A stretch of 25,340 bases of DNA, taken from a virus (lineage: Duplodnaviria > Caudoviricetes). The position numbers and the translations under genes were made by a program. Location of the stretch: positions 1 through 25,340 of IMG/VR virus record IMGVR_UViG_3300021791_000009. One strand, given 5' to 3'. Positions 1-8,327 of this stretch are shown one piece after another; positions within the stretch are counted from its first letter, which is position 1, and each line of letters begins with the position of its first letter. The notes below the pieces were generated by a model. It was not told the origin of the DNA, made no database searches, and saw only the letters and a program-made list of their open reading frames with translations.

Positions 1-1
1 C

Positions 2-184
2 GAGTCTGGCATCAGGGCAAAGGGAAAGGGTGGTCACTCACGTGTCATCCACACCCAGCACAGCGCGGCCTTTGACGCCAAGTCCCGTTTTGGACTCCCC
101 GCAGAAATTGAAGGAGGCAACAGCGGGACCGAGGCTTGGAATAACCTTTTCGCTGAAATCAAAAAGTCGAGGACTGAGAAATGA
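2..184 (+). CDS. C-terminal end of Sak4-like AAA ATPase / recombinase (5'-truncated)
   Basis: Manual translation of frame 2: ...KGKGGHSRVIHTQHSAAFDAKSRFGLPAEI...*. This resembles the 'AKNRYGLP' C-terminus of phage AAA_24/Sak4 proteins. The TGA overlaps the next ATG (ATGA), and an SSB-like gene follows. Confidence 0.65.
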   Translation, partial: ESGIRAKGKGGHSRVIHTQHSAAFDAKSRFGLPAEIEGGNSGTEAWNNLFAEIKKSRTEK

Positions 185-660
185 GTTCGTACAACGAAGG
201 CACTTACGACTGCACGGTCATGGGTCAGGGTTACGGTTACGCTGGTGAGAACCAGACGCCTTACTTTGGCATCGAGATTCTTCCTCACACTTATCTTGAA
301 GGGGGAAGCGAGTTCGCCGTGGACTCACCGTTCACTCGTACAGTCAAGCTGTGGATGAACAGCGAGGCGAACGTGGACCGGTCCAAGGAGCAGCTTACCG
401 GAATGGGATGGGAAGGCAGCTTCAAGGACCTCGAGCCGGGCGGTGACTGTGACCTGACAGGAAAGACGGTTCGGCTTGTGAACAAGCACACTACCTCTCC
501 TGACGGGAAGGTCTGGGATGGGTTCGAGTTTCCTTTCAAGGGTACTCCCGAGACGACGATCTCCAACGATAACAGTATCGCTGCGAAGCTCGACCGTCTC
601 TACAAGACCACTAAGAAGGCCGTGGCTTCGACTGTGACGGAAGAAGACACTCCGTTCTAA
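181..660 (+). CDS. Single-stranded DNA-binding-like protein (DUF669-like)
   Basis: 159 aa, beta-rich, with an acidic tail ending EEDTPF typical of SSBs; coupled to the Sak4-like gene. Confidence 0.6.
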   Translation: MSSYNEGTYDCTVMGQGYGYAGENQTPYFGIEILPHTYLEGGSEFAVDSPFTRTVKLWMNSEANVDRSKEQLTGMGWEGSFKDLEPGGDCDLTGKTVRLVNKHTTSPDGKVWDGFEFPFKGTPETTISNDNSIAAKLDRLYKTTKKAVASTVTEEDTPF

Positions 661-700
661 TAGGGAACTCCTTTCGTGGGATGGGGGAGTAGTGACCCCC

Positions 701-755
701 AGCCGTTGTCGCGTCCACGGTCGCCTGCCCGTTCAAGTCGGGCACAACGGCTTTT
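701..755 (+). ncRNA. Anticodon-less tRNA-like element (acceptor stem + mini D-arm + T-arm)
   Basis: Outer stem AGCCGTTGT/ACAACGGCT; D-like hairpin GCG-TCCACGGT-CGC; T-arm GCCCG-TTCAAGT-CGGGC; followed by a T-tract. Confidence 0.55.
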
Positions 756-1052
756 GGTCAGGATGACCACATGGGGCAAGGAGGCCCCTGCAAGTCAAAA
801 CTATGAGTGAATTGTGGCAACCATGTGGGAAATTCGAGGCTGTAAAACTATGAGGGCGGTTCAGCTTCATCGCCTGTATGCCCCATGGGTCTGTTACCCA
901 ACTGGTCTCGCAAACCGGATGCTGGGAGCGCGAAAATCTAGGCTCTGTCTGGCCGACATCCTAGGGGGACACAAAACCTAAACGCGCAGCTGGCAGGCAG
1001 ACAATGCTACGATACGGGGGAAGGTAAGTGTCCCCAATAGGCCGCGATACGC

Positions 1053-1271
1053 ATGTTGGACCCTGTGAGTAAGTGCCCGTACTGTAATGTTACTCCCGAC
1101 CTGAAGGAGCACTACATGGAAGTCGTTGGTCATCACTTCAGCGGTGTGGAGTGTCCCAAGTGTAAGCTGGCGTCCATGCACTTTAGCATGCAGCAGGGGA
1201 TAAATATGTGGGAGGAGATGTGCCAGATGCACAAAGAGGGAGAACTGGAGGACTGGCCGGAAGATGAATAG
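1053..1271 (+). CDS. Small zinc-ribbon protein (Lar/restriction-alleviation-like)
   Basis: CPYC...CPKC motifs, 72 aa, stop overlaps the next start. Confidence 0.5.
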   Translation: MLDPVSKCPYCNVTPDLKEHYMEVVGHHFSGVECPKCKLASMHFSMQQGINMWEEMCQMHKEGELEDWPEDE

Positions 1272-1533
1272 GGTCATCCTGCAAGCTATTGTTCTGGTTC
1301 ACTCCTCCGTCATAGTCACAAACGCGATAGCTTTCTTTGTCTTGCCGTTCGCGACCGAGTGGTACGTTTATATTCCAACGATGTCGTCGATACTATTTCT
1401 GACGCTGGCTAGGGGGCTTGAGTGCCCTCTGACTAGGCTGGAAAACTACTATAGAAGAAAGATAGGGATGAACCGGATAGGTGGGTTCGTTGGACACTAC
1501 TTCATCAGGGCATTGAGGAAGAAACATGGCTAA
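1264..1533 (+). CDS. DUF2784-like membrane protein
   Basis: Two hydrophobic segments, then CPLTRLEN..RR..G...GGFVGHY, matching the DUF2784 signature. Confidence 0.65.
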   Translation: MNRVILQAIVLVHSSVIVTNAIAFFVLPFATEWYVYIPTMSSILFLTLARGLECPLTRLENYYRRKIGMNRIGGFVGHYFIRALRKKHG

Positions 1534-1834
1534 GAAGAAGACGGCCAAGAAGGGCACTACCAAGGCAACTGGTCGAAACTATGACTGGCAGAAGAAGAAG
1601 AACGCAGAGAAAGCTGAGAAGGGAAAGAGGGCCAGCCGGGGGAGGGCTAGGGCGAAGCTGAAGAAGGCTGGGGTTAAGGTTGCCGGTAAGGATGTTCACC
1701 ACAAGGACGGAAACGCGAAGAACAACAAGAGGTCGAATCTCACTGCGAAGTCGTCCTCCAAGAACAGGTCATTCCCAAGAACGAAGACGGCCAAGAAGAA
1801 GCGGGTGAGGCCGATGTCCCACAAAAGGAGATGA
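1526..1834 (+). CDS. Small basic HNH-motif protein
   Basis: DVHHKDGNAKNNKRSNL HNH motif in a Lys/Arg-rich protein. Confidence 0.7.
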   Translation: MAKKKTAKKGTTKATGRNYDWQKKKNAEKAEKGKRASRGRARAKLKKAGVKVAGKDVHHKDGNAKNNKRSNLTAKSSSKNRSFPRTKTAKKKRVRPMSHKRR

Positions 1835-2319
1835 AAATGAATCTGGAAGAACAGGCGATTGCCCTCTACAAGTCCTATCCTAGGAAGGTGGCGCGAGGTG
1901 CTGCGGTCAGAGCCATCAAGAAGGCATTGCAGAAAGAAAGTTTTGAAGTCCTAATGGAGGCAGTGGAAGCATACTCAAAGGCCCGGAATGGTCAGGACCG
2001 ACAGTACACCCCGTACCCAGCGACTTGGTTTAACCAAGAGAGGTGGGACGACGACAGGGAAGAGTGGGGTAGTGGTGAGCCAGAAATCCCGACATCAAAG
2101 GCTTGGGATGGTGTTCGTTCCCTTGTCGGTAAGTACGGGATCAAGGGCTTTAGGGAAGCAAGGGACCACATGCCAGAGCAGGTCTGCAAGGCCGTGTCGT
2201 CAATAGGGTGGAGTACGTTTTGCGACCTTACTGAATACAACAGGGAGCGGGTATACAGGGAATTCCAATCTGCGTACGAGAGGATTTCGCAGTGTCCGGC
2301 CCGGAGAGAGCTACAGTAA
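1831..2319 (+). CDS. Phage replication initiator/organiser-like protein (C-terminal domain type)
   Basis: YPRKVARGAA and YTPYPATWFNQERWDD motifs typical of phage replication proteins. Confidence 0.6.
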   Translation: MKMNLEEQAIALYKSYPRKVARGAAVRAIKKALQKESFEVLMEAVEAYSKARNGQDRQYTPYPATWFNQERWDDDREEWGSGEPEIPTSKAWDGVRSLVGKYGIKGFREARDHMPEQVCKAVSSIGWSTFCDLTEYNRERVYREFQSAYERISQCPARRELQ

Positions 2320-2462
2320 AGAAGTTGGAGAAAGAGTGCCGTGAGGCTTGGGATAGGTATCTGGCGTCAGTGCCCGGCACTCCCGAGTCCATAGAGAACC
2401 TCAGAGTTGCGATTGGTGTCATAAACCACGGGGAGAAGGAAATTGAGCCGCCCTGTTTATGA
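2292..2462 (+). CDS. Hypothetical protein (56 aa)
   Basis: Manual translation MSGPERATVKKLEKECREAWDRYL...; fills the gap between overlapping neighbours; below the ORF track cutoff. Confidence 0.4.
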   Translation: MSGPERATVKKLEKECREAWDRYLASVPGTPESIENLRVAIGVINHGEKEIEPPCL

Positions 2463-2892
2463 GAGCAGCGGTGATCGCAGGAAGGAAATCTCCTTTTCTC
2501 GTGTTATCGAGAACCAATGGGGGTGCGTTCTAAAGAAGACTCGCCCCTTCTATCATGTTGACTTCATGGCTCTCAGCCACGACAAGCCGGGGGCTGACCT
2601 CAAGTTTTTTGTGGAGGTCAAGCACCGCAAGATCGAGAAGGAACGCTACCCAACTTACATGCTGGCCCTGATGAAGTGGGTGAACATGAACACGATAAGA
2701 AGGTATAGCGGGATTCCGGTCTACTTGGCAATCAGGTACTTGGACCAAGACGTGTTCCTGAACGTGACCGACGAGACTTTCCCTGTTAGCTTCATGGGCC
2801 GAACTGACAGGGGTGACTCTGCCGACATGGAGCCTTGCATAATGGTCCCCATAAACCGGCTCATGCCGCTGTCGGAAAGAAGTGATGACTAG
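2443..2892 (+). CDS. PD-(D/E)xK family nuclease
   Basis: VDF...FFVEVKHR catalytic-like motif. Confidence 0.65.
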   Translation: MSRPVYESSGDRRKEISFSRVIENQWGCVLKKTRPFYHVDFMALSHDKPGADLKFFVEVKHRKIEKERYPTYMLALMKWVNMNTIRRYSGIPVYLAIRYLDQDVFLNVTDETFPVSFMGRTDRGDSADMEPCIMVPINRLMPLSERSDD

Positions 2893-3430
2893 CGTTGTAG
2901 CCATAGACCCCGGCCCGTCTATCTCCGCATACGCGGTGCTGGAGGACGGGTGGCCGGTCTTGATGGGGATAGATGAAAACGACAGGGTTATGAGCGACCT
3001 GCAATACGTCGCCCTCAAGTGGCCCGAGGCGGAACTGGCTATAGAAATGGTCGCTTGCTACGGCATGCCAGTTGGGGCAGAGGTGTTTGAAACGTGTGTC
3101 TGGGTGGGGAGATTCCACGAATCATGGAAACAAAAGCAGCCTGCTTCTGCTGTTCATTACGTTTTCAGAAAAGACGTGAAGATGAATCTGTGTCAGAATA
3201 TGAGAGCAAAGGACCCAAACATTCGGCAGGCACTCATAGACCGATTCGGCGGGAAGGAAAAAGGCATCGGGAATAAGAAAAGCCCCGGCCCGCTGTATGG
3301 AGCGAAGCGTGACATCTGGTCAGCTATAGCCGTAGCCGTTACACACATAGATGCAGAGAACTCAAATGGAAGACTTGGAGCGGAGGGTGATTCTCCTAGA
3401 GGAAAAAGCAAAGTCGGAACTGGGCGATGA
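2882..3430 (+). CDS. RuvC-like Holliday junction resolvase
   Basis: N-terminal AIDPG, LAIEM.ACYGMPVG.EVFET, and a C-terminal D..SAIAVA RNase H-fold motif. Confidence 0.75.
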   Translation: MMTSVVAIDPGPSISAYAVLEDGWPVLMGIDENDRVMSDLQYVALKWPEAELAIEMVACYGMPVGAEVFETCVWVGRFHESWKQKQPASAVHYVFRKDVKMNLCQNMRAKDPNIRQALIDRFGGKEKGIGNKKSPGPLYGAKRDIWSAIAVAVTHIDAENSNGRLGAEGDSPRGKSKVGTGR

Positions 3431-3638
3431 GGGGGACGACGGTCAGGTTTGGAGGTGTATAGACTCCCAAACCACTAGGCTGTCCAAGATAGAGGACATC
3501 ATCTGGAAGGGTAACGGTGACAGCCTGACGACACAGGTTGTGAAGCTGAGGACAGAACTAAGGACACTCGCCGTGGTGGCGACACTGCTGATACCTGTTG
3601 TTATGAAGGCTCTAGACCTATGGTTAGAAAAATCCTAG
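3351..3638 (+). CDS. Coiled-coil protein with C-terminal transmembrane helix (holin-like?)
   Basis: Heptad-like N-terminus and a single TM segment LAVVATLLIPVVM. Confidence 0.5.
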   Translation: MQRTQMEDLERRVILLEEKAKSELGDEGDDGQVWRCIDSQTTRLSKIEDIIWKGNGDSLTTQVVKLRTELRTLAVVATLLIPVVMKALDLWLEKS

Positions 3639-4504
3639 CACTGCTGTTGCTGCCACTTCTTACCCTAGGCTCGGAGCGGGATCAGGATTCACGCCCGTCG
3701 TACTACAACGCCACGGTTAAGATCGGCGGCTGCACAGGGGTCATCATCAAGACTGGACCAGAGGTGTCTGTTGGCATCTCCGCACAGCACTGCACCCCAG
3801 AGGTCGGTGCAATCACCAGCTTCACGAACCCTGATGGTACTGGCGGATACGCTAGGTGGGTGTCCGAGGATACTTCTAGCGACCTGTCTCTATTCAAGGT
3901 GTGGTCCAAGGACACCAAGCGAGTGATGGCGGCTGTTATGCCGGACAAGGAGAAGATCGCCAAGGAGTGTGAAGGGTGGGGCTACCCGAAGGGCAGGGGG
4001 CCAAGGTGGAAAAAACTCGAGTACGAGGGCAAGTTCCACATCACAAGCCTGAAAGCCGAGAGGTTCCAGTTCAGGGTCACGGACGGCGACTTCAATAACG
4101 GTGACTCCGGTGGTGGCGTCTATTGCAACGGCAAGCTAATTGGAATAACTTCCCACGGGTCGGAAAAACATAAGCACCTGTTTTCATGCACCAAGTCGCA
4201 GCTGAACGCTTTCCTGAAAAAGAACTCTGACAAGCTGTCAGCCGGTGAAGTAGAATGGGACGGGAGCAGGGTCCCGCCTCTCGACTCGGATAAAGATAGG
4301 ACCATTGCCTTGAAGGGGGTGATCGAAAGACTATCTAAGATGGAGAGCGAAAACGAAAAGCTGAGAGAGATAGTTCGCCGGATTGCGAACACGCCGACAA
4401 GGGTTCAGATACTGGACCCCGTCAGTGGGAAGGTTTTAGCAGACGAGTCCTATCCGTTAGGGACCCCAATTAGGCTACTGTTGCCAGAAATCAGGAGAAA
4501 GTGA
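3620..4504 (+). CDS. Secreted trypsin-like (S1) serine protease
   Basis: Signal peptide; catalytic triad motifs SAQHC, DLSL, GDSGGG; C-terminal coiled coil. Confidence 0.85.
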   Translation: MVRKILALLLLPLLTLGSERDQDSRPSYYNATVKIGGCTGVIIKTGPEVSVGISAQHCTPEVGAITSFTNPDGTGGYARWVSEDTSSDLSLFKVWSKDTKRVMAAVMPDKEKIAKECEGWGYPKGRGPRWKKLEYEGKFHITSLKAERFQFRVTDGDFNNGDSGGGVYCNGKLIGITSHGSEKHKHLFSCTKSQLNAFLKKNSDKLSAGEVEWDGSRVPPLDSDKDRTIALKGVIERLSKMESENEKLREIVRRIANTPTRVQILDPVSGKVLADESYPLGTPIRLLLPEIRRK

Positions 4505-4734
4505 TGCCACAGGAATCAGTTGAACTTGCTGCGAATGACTATGCGATGCTCAAGCTCCACGCCATGAACGGTGCCCAGCATGCCGCAAACGGCATGACGG
4601 CACTCCTCGAAGTGATCCGCTACGAGCATCAAGAGGCCAAGAACATGGTTTCTCAGGCCGAGGCTCTGGGTCATCGCATCGTTGAAGAGAGTGGATCAGG
4701 CAAGGCTCGCAACACAGCCCCGTCAGGGGTTTGA
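4501..4734 (+). CDS. Hypothetical protein
   Basis: RBS AGGAG, coupled to the protease stop, helical 77 aa. Confidence 0.6.
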   Translation: MMPQESVELAANDYAMLKLHAMNGAQHAANGMTALLEVIRYEHQEAKNMVSQAEALGHRIVEESGSGKARNTAPSGV

Positions 4735-4863
4735 CCATGTCCCCCCGTGCTGAGGCAGGCCAGATGGCCGACAATCTGTCGGTACGCCTCGCACACATCA
4801 GGGGGGCTTCCCTACGGGGGGGCCTCCCTGATCTAATAAAGGACCGCGCCGAGGAGGCAAGAC

Positions 4864-5298
4864 GTGTTTGGGAAGAGCTTACGGGACAGGATGGCAGAGA
4901 AGTGGTTCGGGGTGAGGATGGCTGAGGAGGCCCTGAAGGTTTCAGACCTTGCGGACCTCATGCAGATCAACAGGGACGTTGTTCGCGCTCACAACAAGAC
5001 CCACCTCGAAAACTACGAGGAAGGCGACATGGGCAACATTCATGTAGGAGATGTCGTGAACAATACAAACGGAGAGCCTAAGGCTGGGTCGGCGGGAATT
5101 GGAAAGGGCTTGCTAACCACCATGCTGGTGTCTGCACTGGCAAGCGGCGGCGGGCTGGCCTACCTGATCCCAATGCTTCTGGATCGCCCTGTAGCTGAAG
5201 CGGGGTCTGGGTACACCCTTGGTCTAGGAAAACCTGACACGAAACAGGAGAAGAAAAGTGAAGTACCAAAACGCAAGGGGCAAGATCAGGAACGGTGA
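4864..5298 (+). CDS. Hypothetical membrane protein
   Basis: RBS GAGGAGG before GTG; TM segment LLTTMLVSALASGGGLAYLIPML. Confidence 0.6.
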   Translation: MFGKSLRDRMAEKWFGVRMAEEALKVSDLADLMQINRDVVRAHNKTHLENYEEGDMGNIHVGDVVNNTNGEPKAGSAGIGKGLLTTMLVSALASGGGLAYLIPMLLDRPVAEAGSGYTLGLGKPDTKQEKKSEVPKRKGQDQER

Positions 5299-5815
5299 TG
5301 TTCTGGCTTTCCGTGGTACTCGTTGGTACTCGTGGGTCATCAGGTATTTCACGCAGTCGAGAACGTCTCATGTGGGGTTCGCCCTGTGGATGCACGGACG
5401 ACTGTGCTGCATGGAAGCTCTTGAAGGTCGCGGCATCAGGGTGATCCCAGTTTCCAAATGCCTGAGTGACGGCGACTGGATTGACTGGTACGAGCTATAC
5501 AAGCCAGAGGACAGCAAGATCGACAGGCAGAAGCTGGTCAAGCATGCCCTGTCACACTGGGGAAAGCGTTACGCGCCGTGGTGGCAGTTCGCCCGCACTT
5601 GGTGTCGCTGGCTTCGCAGGTACATGGACAAGAAGGGCAGTCCACTGGACGTGGACCCAGACAGGTTCTTCTGTTCTGAGTTTGTGCTCACGTGTCTCAG
5701 GATGTCCGGCTACATTGGCGAAGGGTTTGCCTCTAATCTCAAGCCAGCGGCAGCATCGCCGGGCGACATTGTTGAGCTTCCCTGCCTGCACCGGATGGGG
5801 AAGCTGGAAATCTGA
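5258..5815 (+). CDS. Permuted papain-like NlpC/P60 amidase (YiiX/YaeF family)
   Basis: GDVLAFRG, SHVG (His) and FFCSEFV (Cys) in circularly permuted order; SPGD at the C-terminus. Confidence 0.8.
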   Translation: MKYQNARGKIRNGDVLAFRGTRWYSWVIRYFTQSRTSHVGFALWMHGRLCCMEALEGRGIRVIPVSKCLSDGDWIDWYELYKPEDSKIDRQKLVKHALSHWGKRYAPWWQFARTWCRWLRRYMDKKGSPLDVDPDRFFCSEFVLTCLRMSGYIGEGFASNLKPAAASPGDIVELPCLHRMGKLEI

Positions 5816-5826
5816 TCCTACGACGA

Positions 5827-6207
5827 TTGGGTCAAGTATTGGCCTTGGGGGGAAGTGTGCTGAGGGACGAGTTTATTAGGGAAGCCAGCGTACTTCGGGT
5901 TGTTGATGGCGACACTTACGACCTGATGGTAAGCTGCGGCTTTGACACGTACCGAAAAATCAGGGTCCGTCTGGAGGGAGTTGACACATGGGAGGTTCGC
6001 GGGGAGAACAGGGAGTCTGGCCGACTGGCAAAAGAACACGTGAAGGAACTGTGTCGTCTAACTGGCGGGAAGGTGATGATCCAAAGTACAGAGTACAGGA
6101 CAGGGAAGTACGGAAGAACGATTGGGAACGTGACAAGCGTTAGCGACGGGACTGACTGGGGCGAATCATTACGGGAGAACGGGCATGCTAAGAAAGAGAA
6201 AGACTAA
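5827..6207 (+). CDS. Thermonuclease (SNase) family protein; true start may be GTG ~5858
   Basis: VLRVVDGDT, RVRLEGVDTWE and GKYGRTIG motifs. Confidence 0.85.
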   Translation: MGQVLALGGSVLRDEFIREASVLRVVDGDTYDLMVSCGFDTYRKIRVRLEGVDTWEVRGENRESGRLAKEHVKELCRLTGGKVMIQSTEYRTGKYGRTIGNVTSVSDGTDWGESLRENGHAKKEKD

Positions 6208-6553
6208 GCCGTCAACGCCTGAACTAAGAGCATTCATGCGTGACAATGTTCCCGTCTGGAACAAGCAGTGCTTACGATGCGCAGGTGTTTACAACAAGCT
6301 CATCAGGCTGTGCCCAGAGTGCGGTTACGGCGGGTGGGCATTGGAGGGAGAGGTACTTGACATGGGTAAGGACAGGTACAAGGATCGTCCGGCTAACTAC
6401 GTTCCCACGCTGGAAGAAATAGAGGAAGGCAAGAAAGCCATTCAGGCCGAGTGGGTTGCCAATGGTGACCCCAGAGCGGAGAAGGGTCCTGTCGCTTGGA
6501 TGCCGCCAAGGTCCATTGCCAAGGAGTGGGGCGATTTCAATTCGCCCGCCTAG
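6185..6553 (+). CDS. Zinc-ribbon hypothetical protein
   Basis: CLRC...CPECG. Confidence 0.55.
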   Translation: MLRKRKTKPSTPELRAFMRDNVPVWNKQCLRCAGVYNKLIRLCPECGYGGWALEGEVLDMGKDRYKDRPANYVPTLEEIEEGKKAIQAEWVANGDPRAEKGPVAWMPPRSIAKEWGDFNSPA

Positions 6554-6653
6554 ACCCCCCATCTTGACAGATTCAGGATGACCTATCCATCGGGATGGCC
6601 CGCCCGAGGCCCGTACAGGGCAAATACGGCGGTCGTTTTTGATGGTAGTCCAC

Positions 6654-6695
6654 AAAAAAAAGGCCCCAACGAGGGATTACCTCGCTGGGGCCTTG
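6654..6695 (-). terminator. Intrinsic terminator of the minus-strand early operon
   Basis: AAGGCCCCAGCGAGG-TAATC-CCTCGTTGGGGCCTT continuing into a T8 tract, immediately after the stop at 6698. Confidence 0.85.
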
Positions 6696-6697
6696 CG

Positions 6698-7444
6698 TCA
6701 ACTCATCGTGAGAAGTTCAGTCATCATCCGTTCGGACTCAGCTTCGGTCCAGTCAACCACGAAGCCTGTCGTGTCTTTACGGGCCGCGCCTTTGGCGAGC
6801 AGCCCAACAACACAGGGCTTCGGGTCTAGAAATCTAAGGTCATGGTCGTCCCCGTCGATGACGGGGTAGTCCCAGTACCTCTCGGGAAACGGCTTGGTGC
6901 GGAATACGACTGATACATTCACGCCCATGTCCAGCAGCATGACACATTGCCCAGCGTTATTCTCTGACCGAGAAAACGTCAGGTAATAGTTGTCAGGCCA
7001 ACTAGAACCAATGACAGATTGCTCCGCGCGATCTGCGTGCTTGGTGTAGTCGTGGTACTGGCATGGGGCTGAATGGAAAAGTGACGGGGCTTCATCTTCC
7101 CAGCGTATGTCGGAAGTACCGTTCAGGCGGATTACCGCCGTCTGGCCCTTGCGGCTAGCGTGGGAGTGGGCAAGAGTACATTCTGCCTCGAGCGCACGGT
7201 TGAAGCCCTCTCGGTCCTCAAAGAACCAGCGGGTCTTCTCGTCGTGCGCCGCCATAACCTTATTGAGTTTGAAAAACCCAGAGTTACGGAAGCAGCCGTT
7301 CTTGCACCCCGTTGTCTCGCTCCCGCACACGTTGCCGAACCCAGAGGTATCCGATGGCGACAAGTGCATGACCCACATTGTGTAGTCCAGCATCTTGCCG
7401 TTGGTCTTGACCACCTTGGAGTTCTTATTCGACAACAACATCAT
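6698..7444 (-). CDS. Phage gene-88-like (GP88) protein
   Basis: C..C...C cluster, RLNGTSDIRWE, HDYTK, YYLTFSRSE, DGDDHDLRFLDP, VVGLLAKG; start placed at the ATG after RBS AAAGGAG. Confidence 0.75.
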   Translation of the reverse strand: MMLLSNKNSKVVKTNGKMLDYTMWVMHLSPSDTSGFGNVCGSETTGCKNGCFRNSGFFKLNKVMAAHDEKTRWFFEDREGFNRALEAECTLAHSHASRKGQTAVIRLNGTSDIRWEDEAPSLFHSAPCQYHDYTKHADRAEQSVIGSSWPDNYYLTFSRSENNAGQCVMLLDMGVNVSVVFRTKPFPERYWDYPVIDGDDHDLRFLDPKPCVVGLLAKGAARKDTTGFVVDWTEAESERMMTELLTMS

Positions 7445-7481
7445 AACTCTCTCCTTTCGTAAAAGTGACAAGTGACTGAGT

Positions 7482-7512
7482 GGACCGGTGCGGGTGTCCC
7501 CAACACCGGCCC
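7482..7512 (-). other. 31-nt GACA-capped intergenic hairpin (copy 1)
   Basis: GGGCCGGTG..GGG-GACA-CCC..CACCGGTCC; same length and ends as 8766-8796. Confidence 0.5.
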
Positions 7513-7518
7513 CAAAGG

Positions 7519-8199
7519 TTAGATGGTCTGGGTTACTTCTGCGAAGTAGTGGTCAGCCCCTACTGGCTGTTCAACAGGTCTAAGAACACTTCCAACCGCA
7601 GGAATGACAACACATGGACGCCTAAGCGTTTCTGGGCTGTCCGTCTTTGCGATCATGCAGGAAAGCTCCACCGCCTCAGACGCCTCCACAGACCACACAT
7701 CGTCGTTTGTGAAGGTTGTGAAACCGGCAGGACCCGCCCAAGGTGTGTAATGGACGGTATGTGTCCCCGGATCCGAGTCTGAGAGTCCCGTCGCTCCGGT
7801 CTGTCTCCAAATCCCCGAGGCTCCGAGAGATGGATGGTCGTCCACCTTCACGCGAGCAGAGATGAGGTCAAATGTGGCTCGGAAGATGTCGATCCTGTAG
7901 TAGGTGTCAGATAGCAACTTGCCGCCCTCTAAGGTTGAGTGCGGAAAGTGCCACTGTCCCCCTATTGCGATGACATCTCCGAGCACACGAGCGTGGACGT
8001 TCTTGCGCCCCTCGTCGTTTGCCCTCTCCCTGCCAGCCTCGCTGACTTGGAATGATGACGCCCCCATCCAGACATGCTGGGCGTGGGCTATCACCTTGCC
8101 GTAGTGAAAGTCGGGGAGTTCCCGCGTGGAGGTATCCTCGTTCCGAATTGAGAACAGCCTCTTGTGACTGTTCCAGTAGACTCCACATTTCAATCCCAT
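7519..8199 (-). CDS. Conserved phage hypothetical protein
   Basis: VYWNSHKRLFSIR...AGRERA...RKNVHA motif recurrent in phage proteins; ATG after AAAGGAG. Confidence 0.65.
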   Translation of the reverse strand: MGLKCGVYWNSHKRLFSIRNEDTSTRELPDFHYGKVIAHAQHVWMGASSFQVSEAGRERANDEGRKNVHARVLGDVIAIGGQWHFPHSTLEGGKLLSDTYYRIDIFRATFDLISARVKVDDHPSLGASGIWRQTGATGLSDSDPGTHTVHYTPWAGPAGFTTFTNDDVWSVEASEAVELSCMIAKTDSPETLRRPCVVIPAVGSVLRPVEQPVGADHYFAEVTQTI

Positions 8200-8267
8200 A
8201 ACATTTCTCCTTTCGCTTGGTAGGGCCAAGCACCCTGCCCGCATTGCGACGGTCTGTCGCTCTGGGC

Positions 8268-8320
8268 AAAAAGCGGGGCGGGGGAATTGAACCCCCGCTC
8301 AGGCCGTGTCCTTCCCGCTC
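8268..8320 (-). ncRNA. Anticodon-less tRNA-like element
   Basis: GCGGG/CCCGC acceptor-like stem coaxial with GCGGGGG-TTCAATT-CCCCCGC T-arm (12 bp to the T-loop); D-like hairpin AGG-ACACGG-CCT; followed by TTTTT. Confidence 0.55.
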
Positions 8321-8327
8321 GTCCGCA

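Noticed and set aside
4731-4925. 64-aa ORF between genes
   Set aside because: No clear RBS, overlaps a better-supported gene, and the region contains GC-rich inverted repeats.
8214-8240. Pistol ribozyme on the plus strand (GCTTGG-TAGGG-CCAAGC)
   Set aside because: The P2/P3 elements and conserved linker are missing, and it is on the non-transcribed strand.
701-8320. Canonical tRNA genes at 701-752 and 8268-8320
   Set aside because: Each is only about 50 nt, with no anticodon arm and no CCA; reported as tRNA-like elements instead.
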